In this document: piece after piece, positions 40,809 to 52,255 of the stretch
Layout of the letters: each line of letters starts with the position of its first letter
Position numbering within the stretch: the first letter of the stretch is position 1
Origin: Malacoraja senta
Lineage: Eukaryota
Length of the DNA: 64,000 nucleotides
Assembly: GCA_038087875.1 (NCBI GenBank)
Contig: CM076001.1
Location: 932,001-996,000 of the forward strand
Reading direction: 5' to 3'
Translations under genes and position numbers: made by a program
Notes under the pieces: model-generated
What the model was told of the DNA's origin: nothing
The model's database searches: none
What the model saw: only the letters and a program-made list of their open reading frames with translations

Positions 40809-41958
40809 AGAACAAGTGCAGACCCGTTGGGTTGCGTTGGGGGAACGGGTAAATGCTGGAATATTGCGTTGAGGGACCCGTTGGGTCTGCTCCCTCAACG
40901 CAATATTCCAGCACTTACCCGCTCTCCCAACGCAACTTGTTCCCCCAACGCAATGCGGGGGTGTGTGGATGGCAGGGGTGGGGGTGTGAGGTGTTGGGGG
41001 GGGTCATGTTTGGGCGGGGGGATGTGGGGGGGAAGGGATAACTTCATGGCTGCAATTTTGGTCCTTCTCTTGCTCAGAGCAAATTTCAGAACTATGTGCA
41101 TTGAAGTCTCTATGGTTTCTGAGCTGTTCTCAGGAATGTGAAGTTGGAGAATGACCTTGAATAAATTTATCAGTTGAGAGTTGGCCGTATTACTTTCAAA
41201 GCTTATTTGGTCCACGATGGGAAGTGTGTTGGAGGGAGGGAGGGTGGGGGGTGAGGAGGGAGCACCGCGCTTTGGGATGGAGGGACAGTGAGGATGGAGT
41301 GCTGCGCTGTGGGAGGGAAGGAGGGAAGTGCAGTGAGGAGGGAGCACCGTGCTGTGGGAGGGAGGGAGGGAGGGATGGGCGGTGAGGAGGGAGCACAGCG
41401 ATGTGGGAGGGAGGGAAGCAGAGGGTGCGGGCACCAATCCGAGCGAGGGCGCGGGCGGGCGTGGACTCGAGGACTCGAGCTAGGCTGCAGGCGGGCGTGG
41501 ACCCGAGCGAGGTGGCGTGCTGGCGCTGACCCGGGTGAGGCCGCGGGCCGACCCGAGCGAGGCCACATCTTCAGTGCGACTGGGCCAGGCAAAGGGGGGG
41601 CAGATTTCCAGAACATTCCAGCATGGCGGCCTCCCCCCCCTTGCGAAGAACCAGTGGTTTATGAAGTTAAAACCATTGGGTAGGTGGAGAGGGCGGCGAC
41701 CCGCTCCCCTTGCGGGGGCATCATGACGTCATTCGAAGCTGCTTGAAGAATCTGTGAGTTGTTTGAAAGGCCGTTTTGGCTTATTTTTTAACTTTAATGA
41801 TGAATAACTTTTGAAATATAGCATGAAATGTGAAGGGAACCTGTTTATTACGTCAACCGGGTCAATGTGAGTAATAATCTGTAAAAATTTCAACTCGCGC
41901 GTAGCGTTTTGACGAAGGTAGAAAAGCACATACACATACACACACACACACACATATA
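40809..41958 (-). mobile_element. non-autonomous Helitron-like element, 3' end rearranged
   Basis: gacccgttgggt hairpin at ~40821 and ~40875 as at 55346/56130; subterminal gaatattgcgttg shared with 4966-5085; terminal CTAG not intact. Confidence 0.55.
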
Positions 41959-42021
41959 TCTACCTTTCTCCTATAACCCCTTTCTCCTGTACTAATCGAG
42001 AATTATCATTTTTTAATTGCA

Positions 42022-42024
<3 letters not shown>

Positions 42025-42075
<51 letters not shown>
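42025..42075. repeat. (TA)n microsatellite
   Basis: direct. Confidence 0.95.
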
Positions 42076-42076
<1 letters not shown>

Positions 42077-42134
42077 TAGATATACCTTATATATATTAAG
42101 CTGCAATAAAAAAATGATAATTCTCGATTAGTAC

Positions 42135-42270
42135 AGGTGTCAGTTATGTGGAGAAGGCAGGAGAAAGGGGTTAGGAGGGATAGATAGATCAGCCATGATT
42201 GAATGGCGAGTAGACTTGATGGGGAGAATGGCCTAATTCTGCTCATATCATATATATTCTTATGATATGA
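42135..42270 (+). mobile_element. CR1 3' tail
   Basis: ggagaaggcaggag...gatcagccatgattgaatggcg...gaatggcctaattctgctc. Confidence 0.75.
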
Positions 42271-42386
42271 AAATGTAACTTCTTTCCCCTTTCCTGACAG
42301 TTTTCTATCTACGTTCTGTCAATTATGAATCAATGGCATAATACATTTTCAAAATGCAGGTCTAACTCTTCATCAGCCCAGTGACG

Positions 42387-42522
42387 GGGTGGAAGATTGC
42401 AACCTTCACGTGGTCCGCCCTGTTTCGAGTAATGCAATCAACTCGACGTGCACAAACGGAAGATCATATAGAACAAGTTGTCCAACAACTTTAGGCTGTG
42501 CACGCCACATGAAAGAAGAAGA
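42387..42522 (+). mobile_element. 5'-truncated non-LTR retroposon end with (GAA)n tail (Vingi- or RTE-like)
   Basis: perfect 12-bp TSD agcccagtgacg at 42375-42386 and 42523-42534. Confidence 0.75.
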
Positions 42523-43684
42523 AGCCCAGTGACGCCAATTCCTCTTGGTCTTGTTTTTCTACTGTATTTTTGCTGAAGGTAATTTGGATTTTGTTGGAGA
42601 GAAAGACTTATAAAAGAACGTGAAGGATGTAAAGGAAGGTTTTCTTCAGTCACTAGAAAATTGGGTTGATATTGTTCAGGTTGCCATTGTTCAGGTTATC
42701 AATAGATGTGACAGACACTTCACCAACCTTAGTGCCCATCCCAGCCTTTTATCACACCATTTAATTTGTTGATCTTATGGGAATGAAGTTAAAGTAACAT
42801 TGAAGCACAGTTACTTGTTATGAATCAAATAATTTTTCTTTAATGGCTATATAATAAATATGTTCTGGTGATGAGCATAACGTATTTCAGGGTGAACCTT
42901 TGGCTATGTTGGGAGTGGTTATGTTGTAGTAATCTCTTACTACAGGAGTATCCACAGTTTCAAGACAAGGCAATGTGAATTATTCAGATCTGCCAATTAG
43001 GCAGTCCGACGTGTGACATTTACATTGTTATACATGTGTTCAGTTATGTTTTATAACTATTTTACACATTAACACAACATTATATAATGGTGGAGATAAT
43101 AAAGACTTGTCATCAAAGGTGTACAGCTGTTGAAAAAACCTCGCCCAGGGTTAATTTCACTGGTCTACCAATTGAAAAAAATAATCAGACTATTTACCCA
43201 GTTCATGATTGAATAGTTATTTTTAATAAGTGAGTATATATTGACAAATGGGGTACAGGAAGTCAACTATGATACCATCCATGAATGAACAATCTGTCAG
43301 CAGTCATTGTTAATGACTTCCAATTATGCAACACTTCCTACTTGGAAACACAATGTCGTGAACTTCATAAAGTAAGTTAGAAGTAAATTCCAGGCTGGAG
43401 AACTGCAAAGGATTAAGAAGAGCAGCCACAGAGGATGATCACAAGAGGTTGACAAACCCAGGAAGCAAAAACGTGCATTGCAAATTAAGTTTGGAGCAAG
43501 TTTCCAGAAAGAAAGAAAATGTGGTTAGTTTTCTATTTATTGTTCGGGCAGGAATTTTATGGAGCAGATTATCCAATAGAAATGACACCCACCTAATTTT
43601 AATTTCCAGTTCAGTTTAATCAATTTACTGCCAAGCTGTAATGCACCAAAAATTACTAGGGGTTGAATTCAACAGCAGAACAAG

Positions 43685-46600
43685 AGGAGACTTTAAACTA
43701 GAATGGTTGTGGGGAGGGACTCAAATAGAGAAAGCTATTAGACAGTGTGTGAGGCAGGAGGCAGAGAAGGAGAGCACTCAGACCCAACATGTAGGGGGGA
43801 AAGAAGAAAACAATAATAAACAGAGAATAAGAGGTGGTGGGGTTCTTAAATGGGTGAGCAGAGAAACAGAGGAGTGTAAAATGCGGGCGGAAGCAATAGG
43901 TAGCAAGGTGAAAAGTAAAAGTGGCAGGCAGACAAATCAAGGGCAAAAATCAAAAAGGGCCACTTTTCAACATAATTGTATAAGGGGTAAGAGCGTTGTA
44001 AAAACAAGCCTGAAGGCTTTGTGTCTCAATGCAAGGAGCATTCGTAATAAGGTGGATGAGTTGAACGTGCAGATAGCTATTAATGATTATGATATAGTTG
44101 GGATCACGGAGACAGGGCTCCAGGGTGACCAAGGCTGGGAGCTGAACATCCAGGGATATTCAATATTCAGGAGGGATAGAGAGAAAAGAAAAGGAGGTGG
44201 GGTAGCATTGCTGGTTAGAGAGGAGATTAACGCAGTGGAAAGGAAGGACATTAGCTTGGAGGATGTGGAATCGGTATGGGTAGAGCTGCGAAACACTAAG
44301 GGGCAGAAAACGCTGGTGGGTGTTGTGTACAGGCCACCTAGCAGTAGTAGTGAAGTTGGGGATGGCATCAAACGAAATTAGAAATGCGTGCAACAAAGGC
44401 AAAACAGTTATAATGGGTGACTTCAATCTATATATAGATTGGGTGAATCAAATTGGCAGGGGTGCTGAGGAAGAGGATTTCTTGGAATGTATGCGGGATA
44501 GTTATCTAAACCAACAAGTAGAGGAACCAACGAGAGAGCAGGCTATTCTAGACTGGGTATTGAGTAATGAGGAAGGGTTAGTTAGCAGTCTTGTTGTGCG
44601 TGCCCCCTTGGGCAAGAGTGACCTTAATATGGTTGAGTTCTTCATTAGGATGGAGAGTGACATTGTTAATTCAGAAACAACGGTTCTGAACTTAAAGAAA
44701 GGTAACTTTGAGGGTATGAGACGTGAATTGGCCAAGATTGACTGGCAATTAGTTCTAAAAGGGTTGACGGTGGATATGCAATGGAAGGCATTTAAAGACT
44801 GCATGGATGAACTACAAAAATTGTTCATCCCAGTTTGGCAAAAGAATAAATCAGGGAAGGTAGTGCATCCGTGGATAACAAGGGAAATCAGGGATAGTAT
44901 CAAAGCAAAAGATGATGCGTACAAATTAGCCAGAAAAAGCAGCATACCAGAGGACTGGGAGAAATTCAGAGACCAGCAGACCAGCATAGATATGTGAAGA
45001 GAAAGAGATTAGTTAAAACAAATGTAGGTCCCTTGCAGTCAGAAACAGGTGGATTGATCATGGGGAACAAGGATATGGCGGACCACTTGAATAACTACTT
45101 TGGTTCCGTCTTCACTAAGGAAGACTTAAATAATCTGCCGGAAATAGCAGGGGACCGCGCGCGGTCAAAGGAGATTGGAGGAACTGAGTCGGGAAGTGGT
45201 GTTGGGTAAATTGAATGGATTAATGGCCAATAAATCACCAGCGCCAGATAGGCTGCATCCCAGAGTACTTAAGGAAGTTGCTCCAGAAATAGTGGATGCA
45301 TTAGTGATAATTTTTCAAAACTCTTTAGATTCTGGAGTAGTTCCTGAGGATTGGAGGGTAGCAAACGTAACCCCACTTTTTAAGAAGGGAGGTAGAGAGA
45401 AAACGGGGAATTACAGACCAGTTAGTCTAACATCGGTAGTGGGGAAACTGCTAGAGTCAGTTATTAAAGATGGGATAGCAGCACATTTGGAAAGTGGTGA
45501 AATCATTGGACAAATTCAGCATGGATTTACGAAAGGTAAATCATGTCTGACGAATCTTATAGAATTTTTCGAGGATGTAACTAGTAGAGTGGATAGGGGA
45601 GAACCAGTGGATGTGTTGTATCTGGACTTTCAGAAGGCTTTCGACAAGGTCCCACATAAGAGATTAGTATACAAACTTAAAGCACACGGTATTGGGGGTT
45701 CAGTATTGATGTGGATAGAGAACTGGCTGGCAAACAGTAAGCAAAGAGTAGGAGTAAACGGGTCCTTTTCACAATGGCAGGCAGTGACTAGTGGGGTACT
45801 GCAAGGCTCAGTGCTGGGACCCCAGCTATTTACAATTTATATTAATGAACTGGATGAGGGAATTGAAGGCAACATTGTTTGTTGCCTATCCAAGTTTGCG
45901 GATGACACTAAGCTGGGGGGCAGTGTTAGCTGCGAGGAGGATGCTAGGAGACTGCAAGGTGACTTGGAGAGGCTGGGTGAGTGGGCAAATGTTTGGCAGA
46001 TGCAGTATAATGTGGATAAATGTGAGGTTATCCACTTTGGTGGCAAAAACAGGAAAGCAGACTATTATCTAAATGGTGGCCGACTAGGAAAAGGGGAGAT
46101 GCAGCGAGACCTGGGTGTCATGGTACACCAGTCATTGAAAGTAGGCATGCAGGTGCAGCAGGCAGTGAAGAAAGTGAATGGTATGTTAGCTTTCATAGCA
46201 AAAGGATTTGAGTATAGGAGCAGGGAGGTTCTACTGCAGTTGTACAGGGTCTTGGTGAGACCACACCTGGAGTATTGCGTACAGTTTTGGTCTCCAAATC
46301 TGAGGAAGGACATTATAGCCATAGAGGGAGTGCAGAGAAGGTTCACCAGACTGATTCCTGGGATGTCAGGACTTTCATATGAAGAAAGACTGGATAGACT
46401 TGGGTTATACGCGCCAGAATTTAGGAGATTGAGAGGGGATCTTATAGAAACGTACAAAATTCTTATGGGGTTGGACAGGCTAGATGCAGGAAGATTGTTC
46501 CCGATGTTGGGGAAGTCCAGGACAAGGGGTCACAGCTTAAGGATAAGGGGGAAATCCTTTAAGACCGAGATGAGAAAAAACTTTTTCACACAGAGAGTGG

Positions 46601-46830
46601 TGAATCTCTGGAACTCTCTGCCACAGAGGGTAGTTGAGGCCAGTTCATTGGCTATATTTAAGAGGGAGTTAGATGTGGCCCTTGTGGCTAAAGGGATCAG
46701 GGGTATGGAGAGAAGGCAGGTACGGGATACTGAGTTGGATGATCAGCCATGATCATATTGAATGGCGGTGCAGGCTCGAAGGGCCGAATGGCCTACTCCT
46801 GCACCTATTTTCTATGTATCTATGTATCTA
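43685..46830 (+). mobile_element. CR1 LINE, near-complete ORF2, same subfamily as the 33292 copy
   Basis: EN motifs 44020-44640; 525-aa RT ORF 45175-46752 with FADD; frameshifts near 44372 and 44990-45190; CR1 tail. Confidence 0.95.
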
Positions 46831-47065
46831 CCAGGAAATAAATAATATTCCTGATTTTGAAGGATTAGGTGCAAGGCAGTCCACTTGCATGCCAATCACA
46901 TGATAAGTGCTATAGAATTGGCATAACCGACATACTGACAGATACCTGGATTAACCCAGTGAAGGTTAATGGGATGAGGAAGGGGAGTCCAGAAAACATA
47001 AAAAAGAACTGCCTTCAAGTTGAAAGCATGGATCACATTTACCAACACTGGTTAATACAGCTAAG

Positions 47066-47385
47066 TGGGCGGCACGGTGGCACAGCGGTAGAGTTGCTTC
47101 CTAACAGCACCAGACACCCGAGTTGGATCCTAACTATGGGTATTGTCTGTACGGAGTTTATATGTTCTCTCCGTGACCTGCATGGGTTTTCCCTGGGAGT
47201 TCTGGTTTCCTCCCACACTCTAAAGATGAACAGGTTTGCAGGTTAATTGGTTTGGCAAAATTGTAAATTGTCCCGAGTGTGTGTAGAATAATGTTAATGT
47301 GCGAGGATAGCTCGGCCACGCTGGCTGGCACAGACTCGGTGGGCCGAAAGGCGTGTTTCTGTGCTGAATCTCTCTAAACTCTAAA
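47066..47385 (+). mobile_element. V-SINE, full length
   Basis: gggcggcacggtggcacagcggtagagttgct head; tail gggccgaaaggcgtgtttctgtgctg. Confidence 0.9.
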
Positions 47386-47566
47386 GTGTGAGATGTTGAA
47401 TTTTGGGAATTCAAGGCAGGGCAAGGCTCTGGGGAGTGCTGTAGAGCAGAGAGAGCTAGAAATGCAGGTATTTCATTCCATGAAAGTGACATCACAGGGT
47501 GGATAAGAAGGCTTTCGCCACATTGGCCTTCATCAGTCAGGGTATTGAGAGAGAAGATGGGATGTA

Positions 47567-49170
47567 CAGTGGCTTGCAAAAGTATTCATACCCGTTGAAC
47601 TTTTCCACATTTTGTCACGTTACAACCACAAACATAAATGTATTTTATTGGGATTTTATGTGATAGACCAACACAAAGTGTCGCATAATTGTGAAGTGGA
47701 AGGAAAATGATAGATGGTTTTCAAATTTTTTTACAAATAAAAAACTGAAAAGTGTCGCATGCAAAAGTATTCAGCCCCCTTTACTCTGATACCCCTAAAT
47801 AAAATCCAGTGCAACCAATTGCCTTCAGAAGTCACCTAATTAGTAAATAGAGTCCACTTGTGTGTAATCTAATCTCAGTATAAATACAGCTGTTCTGTGA
47901 AGGCCTCAGAGGTTTGTTAGAGAACATTAGTGAACAAACAGCATCATGAAGCCCAAGGAACACACCAGACAGGTCAGGGATAAAGTTGTGGAGAAGTTTA
48001 AAGCAGGGTTAGGTTATAAACAAATTTCCCAAGCTTTGAACATCTCACGGAGCACTGTTCAATCCATCATCCGAAAATGGAAAGTGTATGGCACAACTGC
48101 AAACCTACCAAGACATGGCCGTCCACCTAAACTGACAGGCCGGGCAAGGAGAGCATTGATCAGAGAAGCAGCCAAGAGGCCCATGGTAACTCTGGAGGAG
48201 CTGCAGAGATCCACAGCTCAGGTGGGAGAATCTGTCCACAGGACAACTATTAGTCGTGCACGCCACAAATCGGGCCTTTATGGAAGAGTGGCAAGAAGAA
48301 AGCCATTGTTGAAAAAAAGCCATAAGAAGTCCCGTTTGCAGTTTGCCACAAGCCATGTGGGGGACACAGCAAACATGTGGAGGAAGATGAGACCAAAATT
48401 GAAGTTTTTGGCCTAAATGCAAAACGCTATGTGTGGCGGAAACCTAACACTGCACATCACCCTGAACACACCATCCCCACTGTGAAACATGGTGGTGGCA
48501 GCATCATGCTGTGGGGATGCTTTTCTTCAGCAGGGACAGGGAAGCTGGTCAGAGTTGATGGGAAGATGGATGGAGCCAAATACAGGGCAATCTTGGAAGA
48601 AAACCTGTTAGAGTCTGCAAAAGACTTGAGCCTGGGGCGGAGGTTCACCTTCCAGCAGGACAACGACCCTAAACATACTGCCAGAGCTACAATGGAATGG
48701 TTTAGATCAAAGCATATTCATGTGTTAGAATGGCCCAGTCAAAGTCCAGACCTAAATCCAATTGAGAATCTCTGGCAAGACTTGAAAATTGCTGTTCACA
48801 GACGCTCTCCATCCAATCTGACTGAGCTTGAGCTATTTTGCAAAGAAGAATGGGCAAAAATTTCAGTCTCTAGATGTGCAAAGCTGGTAGAGACATACCC
48901 CAAAAGACTGTCAGCTGTAATTGCAGCGAAAGGTGGTTCTACAAAGTATTGACTCAGGGGGGCTGAATACTTTTGCACGCGACACTTTTCAGTTTTTTAT
49001 TTGTAAACAAATTTGAAAACTATGTATCATTTTCCTTCCACTTCACAATTATGCACCACTTTGTGTTGGTCTATCACATAAAATCCCAATAAAATACATT
49101 TACGTTTGTGGTTGTAACGTGACAAAATGTGGAAAAGTTCAAGGGGTATGAAAACTTTTGCAAGCCACTG
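47567..49170 (+). mobile_element. Tc1 transposon (IR/DR type, Passport-like), complete
   Basis: ~210-bp TIRs beginning cagtggcttgcaaaagt; TA duplication at 47565-47566 and 49171-49172; inserted in a CR1 fragment (~47525-47566 and 49171-49450). Confidence 0.97.
47946..48952 (+). pseudogene. DD34E Tc1 transposase with one frameshifting deletion near 48385
   Basis: paired-like HTH with GRPPK; DETK, QQDND-x34-E; the usual VLWS before DETK is missing. Confidence 0.93.
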
Positions 49171-49949
49171 TATATCACAGTTGCACAAGACATTGGTGAG
49201 ACAACATTTGGAGTATTGTGTTCCGTTTTGGTCACCCTGATATAGAAACGACGCCATTATGCGGGAAAGAGTGCAAAGAAGATTTATGAGAATGTTACCA
49301 GAACTTGAGGGCCTAGCTATAGAGAGAGGTTGCACAGACCAGAAGTTTATTCCTTGGAACGCAGTAATATGAGGGATGATCCTATAGAGGTGTATAAGAT
49401 CATGAGGGGAATAGAGTAGATGCACAGAGTCTGTTAATCTGTGTAGGGGAATGGTAAGAGCAGGGACGGATTTAGATGAAGAGAGGCCCTAAGCTATTTC
49501 ACTTGTGAGGCCACCCTCCGCCCAATCCCCCAACCCACAACTAGAGGACCATGACTACCTGACAGTGACAGTGTGAAACTTTTAGATCCTAATGTATGTT
49601 GTCATTAAACAGTTGGTTTTAAAATACATATTGGATTCACCGTGGAGCGGGCGATGCCTTACCTGGATCGCCGTTTGAAGCTCTGGAGTGTTGGGCCTGT
49701 TGCTTCAACATCATGGAGCTGTGGTTTGCGGAGCTCCCAGCCTCGGGCCGCGCTGATTTCAATATTGCGGAGCCCTGGGATCCCTTTGCCGAGGGCCGCC
49801 AGCGTGAATCTCTGCCCAGCTCAGCCTGTGGACTTCGGGAGCCGCGGTCTCCGGTAGGAAGTGGCCAATTCGGAAGTCCAAGCCGGTGAGAATGTTCTCC
49901 CATTCCGACGTCGGATAGTGACCCCCAAATTTCATTGTACCAATGGCCA

Positions 49950-50550
49950 TGAGGGGGGGGGGTCCAAGAGGAGGGGGTCCATTGGAGAAGGGAAAAGGGA
50001 TCATCAATGGGGGCGAGGACTCCTTCCCATGTAAGAACGGTGTGAGGCAGAGGCAACGGAAGAAGAGCTCCAAATCGCGGCGGGCGCGGAACTCATTGAG
50101 GTGGGGACGGAGGGGGACAAAGGTGAGGCCTCTCTGAGGACAGACCATTCGGTATCTGAGAGGGGGAGGTCAGGGGGGATGGTGAACACACGGCAGGGGT
50201 GGGGGTTGGGGCCGGAGGAAGGCAGGTGAGTGGACTGAGGCAAAGACGATGTCTGGTGGAGGGGTGGTGGGTGGTCAGGGGGTAAAGGGGTATGAGGACT
50301 GTAGTGTGGGTTTGGAAGAACTGAGGTCACATGGTTTGAGGGGAATGGGGAAGACCCAGTGGAACACCACTGAGGTTACCAGGTTTGGGGGGGCTAGCAC
50401 TAGGATCCAGCGCAGTCAAACCCAGGGTAGTTGGAGTCTGCAGCGTGGATACTTCAGGCCTGGTGCTGAGTCCAGGCTGCAGGTAAGGCGATGGCTGCGG
50501 GCTGTTGGAGGGCGGTGGAGTGGCGAGGGTAAGCGGGCAAATCGTAGGAG
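49950..50550 (-). mobile_element. Penelope-like element N-terminal ORF fragment
   Basis: RVFTIPPDLPLSDTEWSVL / RGLTFVPLRPHLNEFRARRDLELFFR / SSWTPP motifs with frameshifts. Confidence 0.7.
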
Positions 50551-50594
50551 GTCCCGGTGGGCGGATGGTCTGTGGGGAGGCAAGGTTCGACGGG

Positions 50595-51290
50595 TCCGGT
50601 GAGGCAGCGAGGTGGGTAGGCCCGGGAGCGGCGGGGAGGTGGGTAGGCCCCGGTGCGGCGGGGAGATGGGTAGGCGCCCGGTGCGGCGGGGAGGTGGGTA
50701 GCCCCCCGGTGCGGCGGGGAGGTGGGTAGGCACGGGGCGGGGGCAGGTGGGCAGGCCCGGTGCGGCGGGGAAGTGGGTAGGTCCCAGTGCGGTGGGGAGA
50801 TGGGTAGGCACGGTGCGGCAGGGAGGTGGGTAGGCCCCAGTGCGGCGGGGAGATGGGTAGGCACGGTGCGGCGGGGATGTGGGTAGGCCCCAGTGCGGCG
50901 GGGAGGTGGGTAGGCCCCGGTGCGGCGGGGATGTGGGTGGGCCCCAGAGCGGCGGGGAAGTGGGTAGGTCCCAGTGCGGCGGGGAGATGGGTAGGCGCGG
51001 TGCGGCAGGGAGGTGGGCAGGCCCGGTGCTGCGGGGAGGTGGGTAGGCCCCAGTGCGGCGGGGAGGTGGGTAGGCCCTGTGCGGCGGGGAGGTGGGTAGG
51101 CCCAGTGCGGCGGGGAGGTGGGCAGGCCCGGTGTGGCGGGGATGTGGGTGGGCCCCAGAGCGGCGGGGAGGTGGGTAGGCCCGGGGAGGTGAGTAGGCCC
51201 AGTGCGGTGGGAAGGTGCGCAGGCCCGGTGCGGTGGGGAGGTGGGTAGGCCCCAGTGCGGCGGGGAGGTGGGTAGGCCCGGTGCGGCGGC
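50595..51290 (+). repeat. G-rich minisatellite, unit ~27-29 bp (ggtgcggcggggaggtgggtaggcccc)
   Basis: about 25 imperfect tandem copies. Confidence 0.95.
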
Positions 51291-51485
51291 GAGGTTCGGC
51301 GGGGAAAAAGGGTTAAATAAACTACATACCTTTTGCTTTGTCGTGCACTTGCGATCCGTGATGTTGAAGGCGTTTTTTATTCGCGTAGAACGGATTTTCA
51401 GCATCAGGTCTGAGTAGCAGTCCGAGCAAATCAAAGATCCAAGGATCTTTGGAGCAAATTCCTCTCCACAACGAATACAAACCTC

Positions 51486-51685
51486 NNNNNNNNNNNNNNN
51501 NNNNNNNNNNNNNNNNNNNNNNNNNNNNNNNNNNNNNNNNNNNNNNNNNNNNNNNNNNNNNNNNNNNNNNNNNNNNNNNNNNNNNNNNNNNNNNNNNNNN
51601 NNNNNNNNNNNNNNNNNNNNNNNNNNNNNNNNNNNNNNNNNNNNNNNNNNNNNNNNNNNNNNNNNNNNNNNNNNNNNNNNNNNNN
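51486..51685. other. assembly gap (200 N)
   Basis: run of N. Confidence 1.
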
Positions 51686-52255
51686 TGATGGAAGGCAATA
51701 AAGTCCAATCTTCTTCCTCTTTTATTCTCTCGCGGTCGAGGCAGTCAAACCATCCGCAGTCGGGGCGAATGAAGCTCCCGCAGCCGGCGGTCGAAGCCTC
51801 CGCGTCGGGGCGATCGAAGCTCCCGCGTTGGGGCGGTCGGAGCTCCTGCGGCTCCCCGAAGTCGGTCTCTGGCCAGAGACCACGAGCTCCGTGATGTTAA
51901 AGTCCCGCAGACTCCCGCGGTAGAGCTCAGAGGTCGATCCCTGGCAAAGGGATCGCGGGCTCCGTGATGTTAAAGTCCACAGGCACCCGCGATGGAGCTC
52001 TCGAAATCAGTCTCCAGCAAAGATCGCCAACTCTTCGATGTTAGGCGACCGATACGGAAATACGATAAGGAAAAAAAATCGTATCTCCGTCAAGGTAAGA
52101 GATTAGAAAAAGTTTCCCCCAACTGGCACCCCAACCCCCACATAAAACAAGCTAAAGAACACTGGAAACATATATTTAACACATACAAATTAACAACAAA
52201 AGAAGGAAGGAACAGACAGACTGTTAGCGAGGCAGCCATTGCTGGCGCCACCCGG
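51686..52255 (-). repeat. unclassified CpG-rich interspersed repeat
   Basis: internal repeats ctccgtgatgttaaagtcc (~51887, ~51960); reverse start ggtggcgccagcaatggc; similar words (aacatcatggagct) at ~49705. Confidence 0.45.

Noticed and set aside
50454..51698. 414-aa repetitive ORF
   Set aside because: Spans the N gap and the minisatellite; an artefact apart from the Cys-motif segment noted.
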